Assembly: GCA_965285935.1 (NCBI GenBank)
Contig: OZ260666.1
Location: forward strand, 52,266,001 to 52,330,000
DNA: 64,000 bases
Direction: 5' to 3'
Origin: Ophelia neglecta
Taxonomy: Eukaryota
In this document: in pieces, positions 26,011 through 38,958 of the stretch
Position numbering within the stretch: the stretch's first letter is position 1
Layout: each line of letters opens with the position of its first letter
The notes under the pieces: model-generated
The model's database searches: none
The model's input: only the letters and a program-made list of their open reading frames with translations
What the model was told of the DNA's origin: nothing
Position numbers and translations under genes: made by a program

Positions 26011-29000
26011 GTAAAAACCTTTATGTAGTCGAATCTGCCTGTAAACATGTCAGCATATAAATATACATAATGTGTTTGTACCAGTCGGTGTGAAAGATGT
26101 GTGTAGGAGTAGTGCAGAGGATCTGGAGTTCAGAAAAACAACTGAATATATGGACTTCTCCCACTTAAGCCCTAATCAATCTGAAAGGAACTGAAGCTAT
26201 ACAGTTGCTGAGGCAGGTACACTGTACTGACATGTTGTCATTCTCTATGGGTTTCCATATTTGTCAGTGAAGAGCAGTGTAAAACCATCACAATCTACAC
26301 AGTACCTGTAAAATACAGTGTGTGCTCGGTCTGATACAAATCCCTGTCAAGGTAACTGCGGGAGTCCCTGTCTCATCTAGCAGCTTACAAAGACCAGATT
26401 AATGAAGGTATTTATACTATAATTGCATTGCTTTATTAGATTTTCTATGGTGTTAATCTTGCCAATATATTATGTCCAATGTAATTATTAGCCATCATGT
26501 TGTTGATGTTGGTGGCTGAAGAAGGTAACATCTACCTTGCCCATGTTCAGGGCATGGTGCCAGGTATATTTGTGCCAGTATGTATTTGTATCAGCGCTGA
26601 CCTATAATTGTTGACTGCTTTCAAAGTTATTTCAATGAACTTTTACTATGAAAAAATATTTAAATGAACATCAGGTTGTGAGGTTTTGTGTAAGGAATTA
26701 TTGAGATGATGGTTTATTTAGACAAACCTTCCAATTAAGTGTGGATGAAGCCGGGTTAAAAGTCAGTTGAAGTTATCTCTCCATTGAGTTGACATAGTCA
26801 CATAAAACATAATCAGTTGGAATGAGACTCCTCATTGAGATCTTTGTTATGGAGCTGTCTTTGGCATGATGAATCATATTGATTAATGGCCTTATTACAA
26901 AATGGTGGAATTATTAGCCTCTGTGAACTGGTGATCAGGATCCTTGGCTGTGTAAAGTCAGCGGGGCACAACAGAGAGCTGGCAGGTTTGTCTCATAAAT
27001 AATACCCTATTAAATGTTATGGGGAAAAAACTATGATTTTCCTGAAATATTCATATACAACACATCAGTCAAAATTTCATGCCTCATTAACAGTCATCGG
27101 ATCATTTTTCCAAGGAGATTTATTATAAAGTTTTGTAGTCTACTATTATGCTTTGAATAACTTCAAGCATATTTGTGTTGGTATCTGTTGGTAATCAAGG
27201 GATACAGCCTTATTTATTTAAGACAGGGCCCCAGTATGCCACCCTTACAAAAAGTGTTCTCTTCCTGTTTAGCAATAATAAAAAATTCCAGGTCTCAGAT
27301 AATCTTTATAGCTTATGGTGCAAGACAGCAAGATAAAGAAATGTAGCACAAACCTCTTGTGTCACCCCGTAGTTTGGTAAGAGTGATCTCTGACCTTCTC
27401 TTGGGCTCTATAGTTTGATAATGAGAGCACTCTTGACAGCGGTAAATGGTTTTTATCACCCCCCTCCAACCCTTTTCTGTAATTGACTCTGTTGATTCCC
27501 CCTGACTAATATCACATTTATAAGTTGATTCAGAAAACAGAGCCACAAGCAGTTTACTAACAGTTTGTACCTGGCAGACGCGTTTCAGTGAGTATTGGTA
27601 TCACTGGGGTTGTGTCTCCCCAGCCCACCCCAGTGAGTCACTGTAATCTGCTCTGATCAGCATCATCATTCATACCAACTTCATCCACTATACATATTTT
27701 GCTCGGTAAACCAAATTAACAGGCACCCATCTCTATGCCATAAGTAAGGAATTGATCATGGTTGCTTTCCATAAAGCATTTATTTGGGACTTTTTTGAAA
27801 CATTCAATCTAATTTCAAACAGATGTGAACAAATTTATTTTTGCAAACAAAAGGTGAATTTATTTGGCAGATCTCCCAAAAATTGACATTATTTATTAGT
27901 GTTTAAGTCTACATGGTCTTTTATTATTCTAATTACTTCATTCAGTAACATTAGTTGTTCCCAAAATAAAATATATATAAACAGCAGCACAATATTTGCC
28001 CAACATCATATTTAACAGTTTTGCTCTATACTGTACATAAAAGCTAGTGTTGTTTGTGGTGTATTTTTTTTTTGCTTTGGAGCCTTTGGTAACTAGCCAA
28101 GCTGTTCTATGTCGGAAATACCTAGCTACATTACAGCAAGAAATCCACTCCAAATTACTTGCTTACTGAGGTAAAAAATGCTCCCCCAGAAGAGGTACAT
28201 TGTGATTTTTATGACATTTTGAAGCTAACTTATTCTATGTGTGAATTGGTTCAGGTTTTCAAAACAATCCAATAAAAGCTGTGCAAGAATCAGCAGCAAG
28301 TGCCATGGATTACAGAGAGATGGAGAGCCAGGAGCAAAGAGGCCTCTCCTCTAGCTAAAGTCATTTGTACAGACTCGGTAGACAGTAAGTTCAGTTGGGT
28401 GGACCATAGCACATTCTCCACGAGTAAATGGAAAAAAGGCACTTAGTGCACTTAGCTTGTTATGTGACATATTTACCATGTCCATTGCTGATCCAAAAAG
28501 AAAGAGATTTATTTTCTTTTAATAGAGCAAATATTTGTAGACAGAATGAATAGCTCTTATAAGATTTCCCAAGGTGAATTTGTTTATTTAATGAAGAAAT
28601 ATTTCATGACATGAAAGAGTTGTCTGGCACATGGCCTCTTTCCCTCATCCTCTCTGCCTTATCCCAGGCCCATTTCAGTTGTACAGGTATGTAATGGTAT
28701 GTACCTGTGTATGTTTCATGCTCTCCATCAAACACTATACTGGCCTAAGCTCAGCTCTTCCTCAGCTTAACAACCATTTCTCAGGGAAGTGTGTGTGAGC
28801 AGACTGGTGAAGCTGGCCAAGTCAGGTTTTGTAAATAATCTCCTTTATGGGTGAGGGAGACTGACATCCAGTAATAGGCTTCTCTCCTTGGGCCAGGGGT
28901 ACAGGGAGGTGCCTTTCTAAGGACCAGCAATCCAGGCAGGAGACTTCTTAATAGACCGAGGGAATAGCAAGGATACAAGGGAGTGCTTACTTTTTATCCA

Positions 29001-30593
29001 GAGTGCAGGGAGGAGACTGTTTCATAGTCACCTGTCTAACTGGAGAGTCCTCCGTCAATGGGTCATAGCTACAGCACACAGGAAGGACCCTTCTGTCATT
29101 GGTTCTGGGATACAGGGAGGGTAAGGGGCTATGGGGTAGAAGCTGTCCAAGAGTCATGGACTGATACAGGAGGGACAATTTGTTCTAGGGCCATTGAAAC
29201 ATGGGAGAGCTCAATTTGACTCTTTAAACCATTGATCTAAGTTGAACTTATGATTAGAAGAAATCTAGGCACTTGCAAGGGAACCTCAGTGTGGTAATAT
29301 CAATTTCTTATAGTTATCTTACAGATTAAGATTATAGTTAATTGACCTTTGCCCTGCGAAGTAACTTTTTAAGTATAATTGTCGGCAAGTAGAGAAAAAA
29401 ATGCTGGTTAAACTGATCAGTTCTAGGGTATACTTGTCAGTACTCATAGAGCACAGCTTGTATCTTGTTGGCATTTCTGTTACCTCCTTTATCCTAAGGA
29501 TGGTATGTGATAAGAACAAAAAAAGGTCTGAAATTGTAACCATTTATCCCAGTAAAGGAATGTTACAGTACATGATGCCCCCTGTGGTGCCATTCCCACC
29601 AAGACTTTGAGCCATGCCTTGTTTACTTATGGGGATGACCTGAGCTCTTATTAAAATCTGCCAGCTCTTGTCAAATTAGTCAAAACCTGGGTCCGCCTTC
29701 TAATATTGACCCCATAGAAATAATTGCCAACTATTATCCTGCAGTCTCCTGTCAGCATGAAAAGTCCTGTAGTGGACAAGGGTGGGTGAGATGTCGGATT
29801 CTATTGGGACTACAGTAATATCTTTAATGCAGACCCATGCTGTATTGGCAGAAATTATCTTATTTTTAAGAGGCATGCCCCAGTGGAGTACAGGTCTGTC
29901 TGGTGCATTATATGTAAAAAGACTATTATACAATAATATATTATTCCAATTTTGGCAATCACATTTTTATTATATTGTGATGGCGTTTATTGATGTCAGA
30001 TAGATATATGTATGCCTGTTTGGATGGAGAGCAGCAAGTCTCTGGCCAGCTTAGCAGGTTCCACCATCCCCCTGACTTCCTTGCTGTGATATACTGTCCT
30101 GTTGTTCTATGGCTCCCTTTTCCCCAGAACAAGGTTAATGGCGACATTCATACATGCATTGAACAATTCCTGGATCTGTGTGTCATGCTGTTTCTCTGAC
30201 TGCAATACCTTTCCTGTTTTTCTGTAATTTCTTGGAAGTTGTGAACATGAGCGATGGCTCTAGTGTTGTCCTGAGTGGCAAGGTTGATGTATGCTTAGCC
30301 CCGGCTGGGAAGGCCTGAGCAGCATCCTCTGTTTGTAGGCATTGTTGGAAATAAAAGCCTGGAAGTGTGTTATTTTATCTGTGGAAAGAGCTGATGTACG
30401 AAATGGAGCCTTGATTCTGTGTTAGCCCACAAGGTCAGGATTGATATGCCCAGATGGTCTCCTGTCATGTATAGTACACATGGAGGGAGTCCTTCCAGGG
30501 AGGAGAAGGAGGCAGGAGACCCAGCCATCACAAACATAGACTCCATGTAACCTTAAAGGCTGAGACGTCAAACATATTGATGGATTTATATGG

Positions 30594-31455
30594 GGATAGC
30601 ATCTTGACATCCCATTGTGGTCCTGGAGGAGGATAGCATCTTGACATCCCATTGTGGTCCTGGAGAAGGATAGCATCTTGACATCCCATTGTGGTCCTGG
30701 AGGAGGATAGCATCTTGACATTCCATTGTTGTCCTGGAGGAGGATAGCATCTTGACATCCCATTGTGGTCCTGGAGGAGGATAGCATCTTGACATCCCAT
30801 TGTGGTCCTGGAGAAGGATAGCATCTTGACATCCCATTGTGGTCCTGGAGGAGGATAGCATCTTGACATTCCATTGTTGTCCTGGAGGAGGATAGCATCT
30901 TGACATCCCATTGTGGTCCTGGAGGAGGATAGCATCTTGACACTCCATTGTTGTCCTGGAGGAGGATAGCATCTTGACATCCCATTGTGGTCCTGGAGGA
31001 GGATAGCATCTTGACATTCCATTGTTGTCCTGGAGGACATCCCATTGTGGTCCTGGAGGAGGATAGCATCTTGACATCCCATTGTGGTCCTGGAGGAAGA
31101 TAGCATCTTGACATCCCATTGTGGTCCTGGTGGAGGGTATCTTTTTGGCATCCCATTGTGGTTCTGGAGGAGGATAGTATCTTGACATACCATTTTGGTC
31201 CTTGATGAGGTATCATCCTTGCATTCCATTGTGGCCCTGGAGAAGAATATATCATTTTAGCATCCCACTAAGGACCTGGAGATGGATATCGTTTTAGCAT
31301 TCCATTGTGGTACTGGTGGAGGGTAACATCTTAGCATCACATCATGGTTCTAGTTGAGGATATCACCTTAGCATCCCATTATGATCCTGGAGTAGAATAT
31401 TATCTTAGCATCCCATTATAGTACTGACGGAGGGTAACATGTCTGCATCCCATTG
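30594..31455. repeat. 37-bp minisatellite (ggatagcatcttgacatcccattgtggtcctggagga)
   Basis: Homogeneous to about 31130, then progressively decayed. Confidence 0.95.
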
Positions 31456-34400
31456 AAGTCATACATTATTTAGATTGCTATATCAGATGTGACAAGTATG
31501 TAGAAAGTGACTGAGAGTAAGATTGCACAGAGCATGCCAAGTAGACCATAAGTGGGTCTGGTGGTGATGTGTAGGCAATTTACAGCAAGCCTTTTCTCAT
31601 TTGACAAGTACTCTCCTCCGTAAATACATGTATATTGTGGCTAATCTGCCAAGAACAATTCAGCCTGGGCTCCCTGGTTGTGTGCCTACAACACATCTGG
31701 ACATACCAAGGCAGCCTCGCAATGCTTCAGACTTACATGTATATCAGATCTCTTGCCATCCTGTGGGTCCTCTGGGTTATAATACCAGCATTAACATAGC
31801 TTCCTCTGATTCTATCGGTCCACAGGTCCAACTTTCACTTCAATTGTAACCTACTAAATCATTGCTCTGATGAGAGGATGTAAGGCGCCCCTTCTGTTTC
31901 CCCCTTGTTAGTTTTCACCCGTAGTTTACTGCTACGATAATCATAACATGTTGCTGATTCTAGCTGCATCTGCCAAGCTGGGTAAAAAGATAAATAAAAA
32001 TGCAATGGCAATGTCAGCCGGCTTACTTCCTGAGTTATTAGGGGGAAACTATATTAGTCATTGCAGCATTAATGTAGAGGTTTGACAACTAGTGGAGTAT
32101 CAGTCAGCATTGATCACCAAGCCCTGTAGCTCTGTGTATGTAATGGTAATGATATGGGGATCATACCATCAATGTTCTGGAAACTACCCAGACTGGATTG
32201 ATCATCATTTGACAATTTTACCTCAGAAGAATCTAGGGAATGGGCCCCAAATACTATTACCTGTTTGCTAGAAACATTGTTTAGACAGCCTGGCTTGCCT
32301 CTCAGATGCCTGGGATGGTACCTGGCATTAGGGAATCTCCACAGATGAGAGCTTACTGGTCCATTTCCTTTTTTTCTATAAACATTCTCTGTTTCCCTCA
32401 CTAAGTTATAAAAATGTATTTGTTCAGTGTTTTTTTTTACTGCAGGCCCCTTACACTCGGAATAAAGTTTCCATTTATCCAATTACTCTCCATTCTTGTT
32501 TAATCAGTGGTGACTATCCTGTGACTTAGCTCTTTTTGTATATTATTGTTCACAGGTTTTGACTATGTTCATCCAGGGGCTTGTGTGAACAGACAACTAA
32601 CACCATCTGTATTACTTTATGGTGACATTACCCACTTAAAATTGCCCATTAAAAAAGTCATGTTTCTTTCCATTCAGCGGTGCTTGTTAGATCTATGAGA
32701 ACTTGTTGAGCATGATTCAAACCCCTTTAGGCATACATCAAAACAAATTGGTTGATTATTTACTTGGGTCAGACTTGAGCCTCTGTTCATTTGGCAGAGC
32801 AGCTCATTCTTTGATCAGGCTGCTCTAGTTGCCCTTGACATAAATCGTGTGTAACTGTCGGTGAGGACATACTTTTTACAGGAAGACAATCCAGTCCAAC
32901 ATTCTACCCACAATAATGAGGGTAGGAGACTTGTATGAAGCTTCCTGACATGTTTGTCCAGCACTGCTGTCCAAGAGATTGGAGGCCCTTGGTTCTGTAA
33001 TTGTTTCCCTCTCTTGCCCACCGCCCTCTGGTGTTGGTTGACATTTGGTGTGATTTGGTGTTTTGTGTGTTTTTGTCTGGTGCTGTGCTGGGTGTATTGG
33101 TTCTGTATTTTACATGCAAGTCTCTGAGTGAAGTCTGGGTATCAGACCTCCAGCAACTGGTTATCTATTATAGTGATAGGCTTGAAGTCTATTGATAACT
33201 ACCTGTGTCTGTCTCGGCCTCTCCTGTCTTACATCCAGGGGATTACTAACGCCACCTCCTAATGAAAATGATCCTACATTATCTTTGGCTGAACAAAAGT
33301 TAAATTTACACCTACTTGTTTACAAATCTGACTCTTGTTTCATTCTGAGCGAAGTGCTAATAAAAATGATCTTCCAGTAATCATGAAAGAATCAACCAAC
33401 AGTTTCCTAGGAAGTCTTCCTTAGGAACGTGTTGAGCAGTTTGTTGAGTTACTTGCTGATAGCTTTTATTGGATTTTAACAGTTGATAGTTAATGTGTTC
33501 AGTAAATAGTAAAACAGTTATATTTCAATTGTATTTCACTGTGTTTTGAATAGAATTTGTTAGCATTTTGGCAAATACGATTACTGGAAAAACAGTGCAT
33601 ATCTGCTGACGTTGCTGATGACCCTACCTGGCCTGTATTGGTTGTGTATGTGAGCTGGCATACACTTGTGTATATGTCAAATTGCTCTCTGAATATTGTT
33701 CCTAAATCATCCTCCCATATATATGGAGTGGATGATGAAAACCTTTCTTAAGCTCCGAAGGTTTTTTATTACTAAGTGCCATATTCCTGTCTGCTTTTGA
33801 AAGTGCTTCATTCTTATTTTATTAGCTGCACATCAAAATTCCTTGAAGGCTTTATTTTAATGCATCTCTGACATACTGTATTAGACAGATCAGGGTAAAA
33901 GTGCTCCCCTATTCACCACAAGGCCACATACCCCATGGCTGGGGAGTAGGGGTTGCCTGTAACTCAGACATATATTATATGTATGATGTATGTATATTAA
34001 GTGGAGTGTAGGCCAGTGGTCCTCTGAGAGGCTCCCTAGAAACTGTACACCACTTATCACAGTCCCTCTCCAAGCCTTCCTGCACACCCGAGACTCTATG
34101 TTAAAACTGAGATATCCTGGCTAACTGATAAACAAAGATCATCTCCCAATCCTATAGTTTACTGGGGGATGATGGAGTAGTTCGTGGGGGTGGGGAATCA
34201 ACAAGTATAATAAATCTTGATTTATTTCATTAATATTTGAAAGTTTTGTAAGCTAGTTAAAATCATGAATAGTCTTTTTAAGACATACATGTACACATGT
34301 CACAGTATGTGTATGTCTTCATCTTTGCCCAGTCATTGTTTGATGTCTTACTCATCTATTTATCCCCTGTCATAATGCAATGAACAGATAAAGTGGTAAA

Positions 34401-35234
34401 CTACATATATAGCCCATTTATACTAGAATTTTAGAATAATCCATTGAAATGAACAGTGCTCAATGTTCCACTTTCTCCCTGCTCAATACACTTCAGAAGA
34501 AAGCAAGGTGAGCCTGTCATGTTTTCACAAGGAGAAGTAGACTGGAAATGTCTTATTGGGGATAAGAAGATAAGGGAGAGTGTTTGAGGGGATCAGCCCA
34601 TGGTTCAGGGGATCAGCTCATGAGTGGGAGGCTGACTCAGACAAAGTGGCAGCCAAACAAAAATTAACACTGGCCCTTTCAACATACTCCAAGTACTCTC
34701 TACAGAGCAGCTCGTTGACGTACATGTCTAGCAAATACAAAGTCTTGTGTACATGTACAGTAGTATCTCCTGTACCTGTCCTTCATCTACCTGGCTCATT
34801 ATCACCGAAAATCAGTAATGTTGAGGCATTATTTAGACATTTAGGGAAGATAAGGTTTTTTAGGTCCTCATTAGCGTATGTTTAAAGACAATTTACTTTA
34901 TTAAATATTATTTGTAACATTTATGTTTACAGTTCTTCAAAATTGATAAAATATCAGTTCATGTAGGACAAGTAAATAATATCATATTTATATGTATATT
35001 GATATTTTATGATAGTTTTTTTATTGCCACAATCTTATTCTTGTAAACAGGTAAAGATGATCATTTGTGTAGAGGTCTTGTTCTTATACTCCATGAGAAA
35101 AACTGCATCAACAAGAAAAGGCCATTAAGATGTATAATCCTCTCTAATGGGCTGTCATAGCCCCCTGATCTCTCACCCGATTCTCTATAAATCATGAGAG
35201 ATTCAGCTCTGTATCAAAGGCTGCCTTGTCTAAG

Positions 35235-35344
35235 ATGCTGCAGCACACTTTTTCCCACTATAGAGCACAATTTCCCCCTCTCCTTGACATCGACTCTGAG
35301 CCAACTCGGAGCCAATACCTGGAGCAAATTAAGGCACAGGGCAG
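35235..35344 (+). CDS. Candidate alternative first (or cassette) exon: MLQHTFSHYRAQFPPLLDIDSEPTRSQYLEQIKAQG(R)
   Basis: AAGATGC start; strong CAG|gtaagc donor in phase 2, matching exon C; TATAAAT at 35186-35192. Confidence 0.4.
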
Positions 35345-36375
35345 GTAAGCTAAGTGCTTCAAGCACAATTAACAGGCATAAAAACGATAATAAGAACAGT
35401 GGCAATGTTTTCTGATCTGCCTGAAGGAAAATGTCAATAGATGTTCCTGCATGGACAATGCCCAAGGAAAATGAAAGTGTTTATAATGAGGAAATTGAGA
35501 TATATGGTATTATAAGTATGCCTGGTGCCTGGTTAGCCTCTGCCACACTGTTCCATGCAAGTTTAATACTGTAAACATGGCTGACTGTAGATGTGTTGTT
35601 TTTTGTGCCTGGTAGTGATAATTGCTCAAGCCATTATTGCTTTTTGTTTGGAGTCAATGGAAAATATATTACTATTCCCAGAAGTATTCTCAAAACTCAG
35701 AGGGAGAATGAATGACTGATTGTTCTCAGAGTAAACCCAAGGCTATTAACCCTTATCATACTGGATACCTCCACAATTGTATTATATCACTGGTCATTAA
35801 AGAATCCTGACAAGTACTTTATCCGACTATAATTATAACAAATTTGACTTTATTCCATGTTCCACTGTTTTCTAAGTCAATTTGTTCATCCCTGGAAAAT
35901 GTTGAACAACCTTGAAGTTATCTTCAGTGGTCTTGTACATCTTACAGTCTCCTTACCTGAAGTAGAGACTTCCTCCTGTTATGAGCCAGTCTGGAGGTCT
36001 GGCCCAAATCAGTCTCAAGCTGCCCGGCATACTATGCCCTGCATGTCCCCAGCTCATACTGTATACATTTCATGCATTGTACAGAGAGATTTTGCAGTAA
36101 CTTGGATGATATGTATGAGGAAAGTCAACATTGAGGATGAGGTTGCCTTTTTCTCACCATTATACCCTGGGAAAGTGTTTTATGATAATGTTGGTGAATG
36201 AATCTAGCAAGCATTATTTTATGAACCAATGAAAACTCTACTATTTAAAAAGCAACTGCTACAATTCACAAAAAGTGCCCTTATGTGTTGGATGTTCCTT
36301 TGTCTCTGCTTTTTACTTAGTCCCTGGTATCAGCAGTGGAGGCTTTAGACATGTCTTTCTATGAAGGTACATCTA

Positions 36376-36553
36376 CGGTAGTCCCTGCACTGTAGGGCCA
36401 CCCCTATATCCAAAGAAAAGTCCCCCTACATCGCTGGTGGCCCTTCATTGGAGGTTCTGAAACATGGAAAAGATAGGACATGTGAAGTCAAAAATTGTCC
36501 TGCCATTGCAGGTGGCCCTTCATTGGAGGGACCCTTCATCACAGGGACCACTG
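36376..36553. mobile_element. Decayed Tc1/mariner-type MITE
   Basis: TA|cggtagtccctg... and ...cagggaccactg(g)TA inverted ends; internal direct repeat ggtggcccttcattggagg x2. Confidence 0.65.
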
Positions 36554-36649
36554 GTATATGTATATCTCTTATTGTAACACCAACAGTATAGTGGTCATTG
36601 AGTTGCTCTATTGTAGTTTTAATAGCTGCTTCAGAGACATGGAATAATA

Positions 36650-37003
36650 TACCGACTTAGTGTTCGCTGGTCACCCCTGTTGTTCTAGATTGCAGCCATG
36701 CGTTGTTATACTACTTGCCTGTGGTTGTACTACTCATGTTTGCTGTCAAACAGAGCACTGTTTGGAGATTCATTACAGTGTCTACCAGAATAGCAAGGAT
36801 CAAACTATCAAACAAATATGTTGTATTTTTTATTTATTTGCAGTACTCATATATACATTCCGTGTTATATTATGGTGGCTCTCACGCTAGCAATTACCTA
36901 AATCTTAGTGAGGGTCTCCATGGCCAGAATTATAATTTACCATCAATCATTGTACATGTGCATTTTGCTATGATCGAATGAATATATCTGAATCTGAATC
37001 TGA
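36650..37003 (+). mobile_element. Possible 3' end remnant of a non-LTR retroelement
   Basis: Ends in a (TCTGAA)n-type tail (tatctgaatctgaatctga); 5' boundary uncertain. Confidence 0.3.
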
Positions 37004-37244
37004 TCAAACATATATTGGTGGAACGCTGATAAGGAAATGCCAGTTTGATTTAATTGTGTTTAGACTTCATGCAAAACAAAATACTACTATATTTTAGCAG
37101 TCTGTAAGAAACTATCAGTACTCTTATTTGATCATACAACTTAAGTGTTTTGTAACCATTTATTGTTAAACAGTTCCTAAATAATATATCAATATCAACA
37201 ACTGGAAAAATGTGTAATCCATTGCAAATTGCTGATTTTTTCAG

Positions 37245-37300
37245 AACTCTCGGGATGGATGCTGACAAAAGTGCTAACAGTGACTACGGAGTGATTGAAG
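37245..37300 (+). CDS. TRIO: Trio exon C: (R)TLGMDADKSANSDYGVIE(G)
   Basis: tttttcag|A ... G|gtaatc; 56 nt, phase 2/1, exactly bridging exons B and D. Length fits the homologous segment. Confidence 0.8.
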
Positions 37301-37939
37301 GTAATCCTGAAGTATCATCTTGTCTCATCTTCTGTAACGTCCTGATAGGACAATGTAGTGCACAATGTGTATCAGTAAAAAAAATACTTCAAAAACAAAA
37401 GTTAATAAGATGGGCACACATCAATTCACACATTTCTGTTAAGGTTGCCCAGTACACCCTTTGTGTTAGCTAATCCACTCATATAACCCCCTCTTCCCCC
37501 CTTCTATACACCCCTCCATGTCCAACCCAGTACATATTTCATAGGCAGCATCTGACCAATAACATTTTAACACCCCCTCCCCCCCAATTAAGTCTGATCT
37601 AGTACATAGGACACCCCTAGGGTCTCACCTAGGCCAAATCCCCCCCCCCCCCCATGTCTGACTCACCCCATTACATATTTCAACTGTAGTGTCTGACCAA
37701 TTTCATTTTCTATTTCTTTCTTGACATATACTTTCCTTTCCACAGTAGTACTTACTACTGATTCATTCAGAATGTTCAATGATTTAATAAAAATGATGAT
37801 TTTACATTATAATGTTACTATCATCTACTTCCCTTGTGGGAACACACAAAACAAACAAACTTTAAGCATGTATTCCACAGTAAAACCCAAGGAGGCCTTA
37901 TTTTAAGACTAGAGGTTCACCCTTGTCATTGTGTTTCAG

Positions 37940-38055
37940 GGGTGCTACACCAGCTCCAGGAAGGCCGGGAGCAGCTGGAGGACCTGTGGAACGCCAGACG
38001 ACTCAAACTGGACATGTGTCTCCAACTCAGACTCTTTGAGAGAGAGGCACTAGAA
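37940..38055 (+). CDS. TRIO: Trio exon D (spectrin): VLHQLQEGREQLEDLWNARRLKLDMCLQLRLFEREALE
   Basis: gtttcag|GG ... GAA|gtaaga; 116 nt, phase 1/0. Confidence 0.92.
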
Positions 38056-38364
38056 GTAAGACTCCTCAGCTGCTCACTCACATTAAATCAGCCAATTTGT
38101 CTCCATTCATACAACCTGGAATCATTATTTTAAATCAGCAAAAGAATAGAAAATATGTAATCAATCTGTGCTCATTCTTTTGAGTTGTTGGCATTAGTTT
38201 ATTTGATTGGTAGTCCCTGTCATTGATACTTAGTAGATAAAAGAATAAGAACTAAGTGACCATTATCAGTGGAGTGGACCATTTGCTGTGTTTCATCATT
38301 TAAATTGCTAGTACAGTATATCACTGACTGACTATCATTGAGATATCTGTTTGTCTCCTCTCAG

Positions 38365-38526
38365 TTGTCTAACCAGTTGGAGCTGTGGGCTGAGGAGTTA
38401 CAGCATGTAGAGCTGAGTACAGACGTGGGGAAAGCCGAGCAGTTCTTAGGCATGCACAATGACAGTGTTCTTCACATGCAGAACTGTGTCTTTGACTTAT
38501 TACAAAGGGGGCAGGACCTCTCTACG
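38365..38526 (+). CDS. TRIO: Trio exon E (spectrin): LSNQLELWAEELQ...FDLLQRGQDLST
   Basis: ctctcag|TTG ... ACG|gtaagt; 162 nt, phase 0/0. Confidence 0.92.
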
Positions 38527-38958
38527 GTAAGTTTGTCTACTAAAGTCACAGGAACTCTGTAGGGTAAGTTGTCTAAAGGGGCAGGACCTCTCTACTGTGG
38601 GTTGTCTAAAGGGGCAGGACCTCTCTACTGTGGGTTGTCTAAAGGGGCAGGACCTCTCTACTGTGGGTTGTCTAAAGGGGCAGGACCTCTCTACTGTAGG
38701 TTGTCTTAAGGGGCAGGACCTCTCTACTGTGGGTTGTCTAAAGGAGGCAGGACCTCTCTACCGTAGGTTGTCTAAAGGGGCAGGACCTCTCTACTGTGGG
38801 TTGTCTAAAGGGGCAGGACCTCTCTACTGTGGGTTGTCTAGAGGGGCCAGGACTTCTCTACTGTAGGTTGTCTAGAGGGGCCAGGACATCTCTACTGTAG
38901 GTTGTCTAGAGGGGACAGGACTTCTCTACTGTAGGTTGTCTAAAGGGGGCAGGACCTC
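38503..38958 (+). repeat. 33-bp tandem array spanning the exon E 3' end and donor site
   Basis: Unit aaaggggcaggacctctctact|gtgggttgtct versus the true junction aaagggggcaggacctctctacg|gtaagtttgtct; about 12 copies. Confidence 0.93.

Noticed and set aside
28305-28390. gccATGG mini-ORF (MDYREMESQEQRGLSSS*) followed by a gtaagt donor-like site
   Set aside because: The ORF stops before the donor; no support as a coding exon.
30422-31255. Three overlapping minus-strand ORFs of 200-277 aa (and similar ORFs at 20315-20990 and 45648-46264)
   Set aside because: Minisatellite artefacts: unit length is not a multiple of 3 and the same peptide cycles through the frames.
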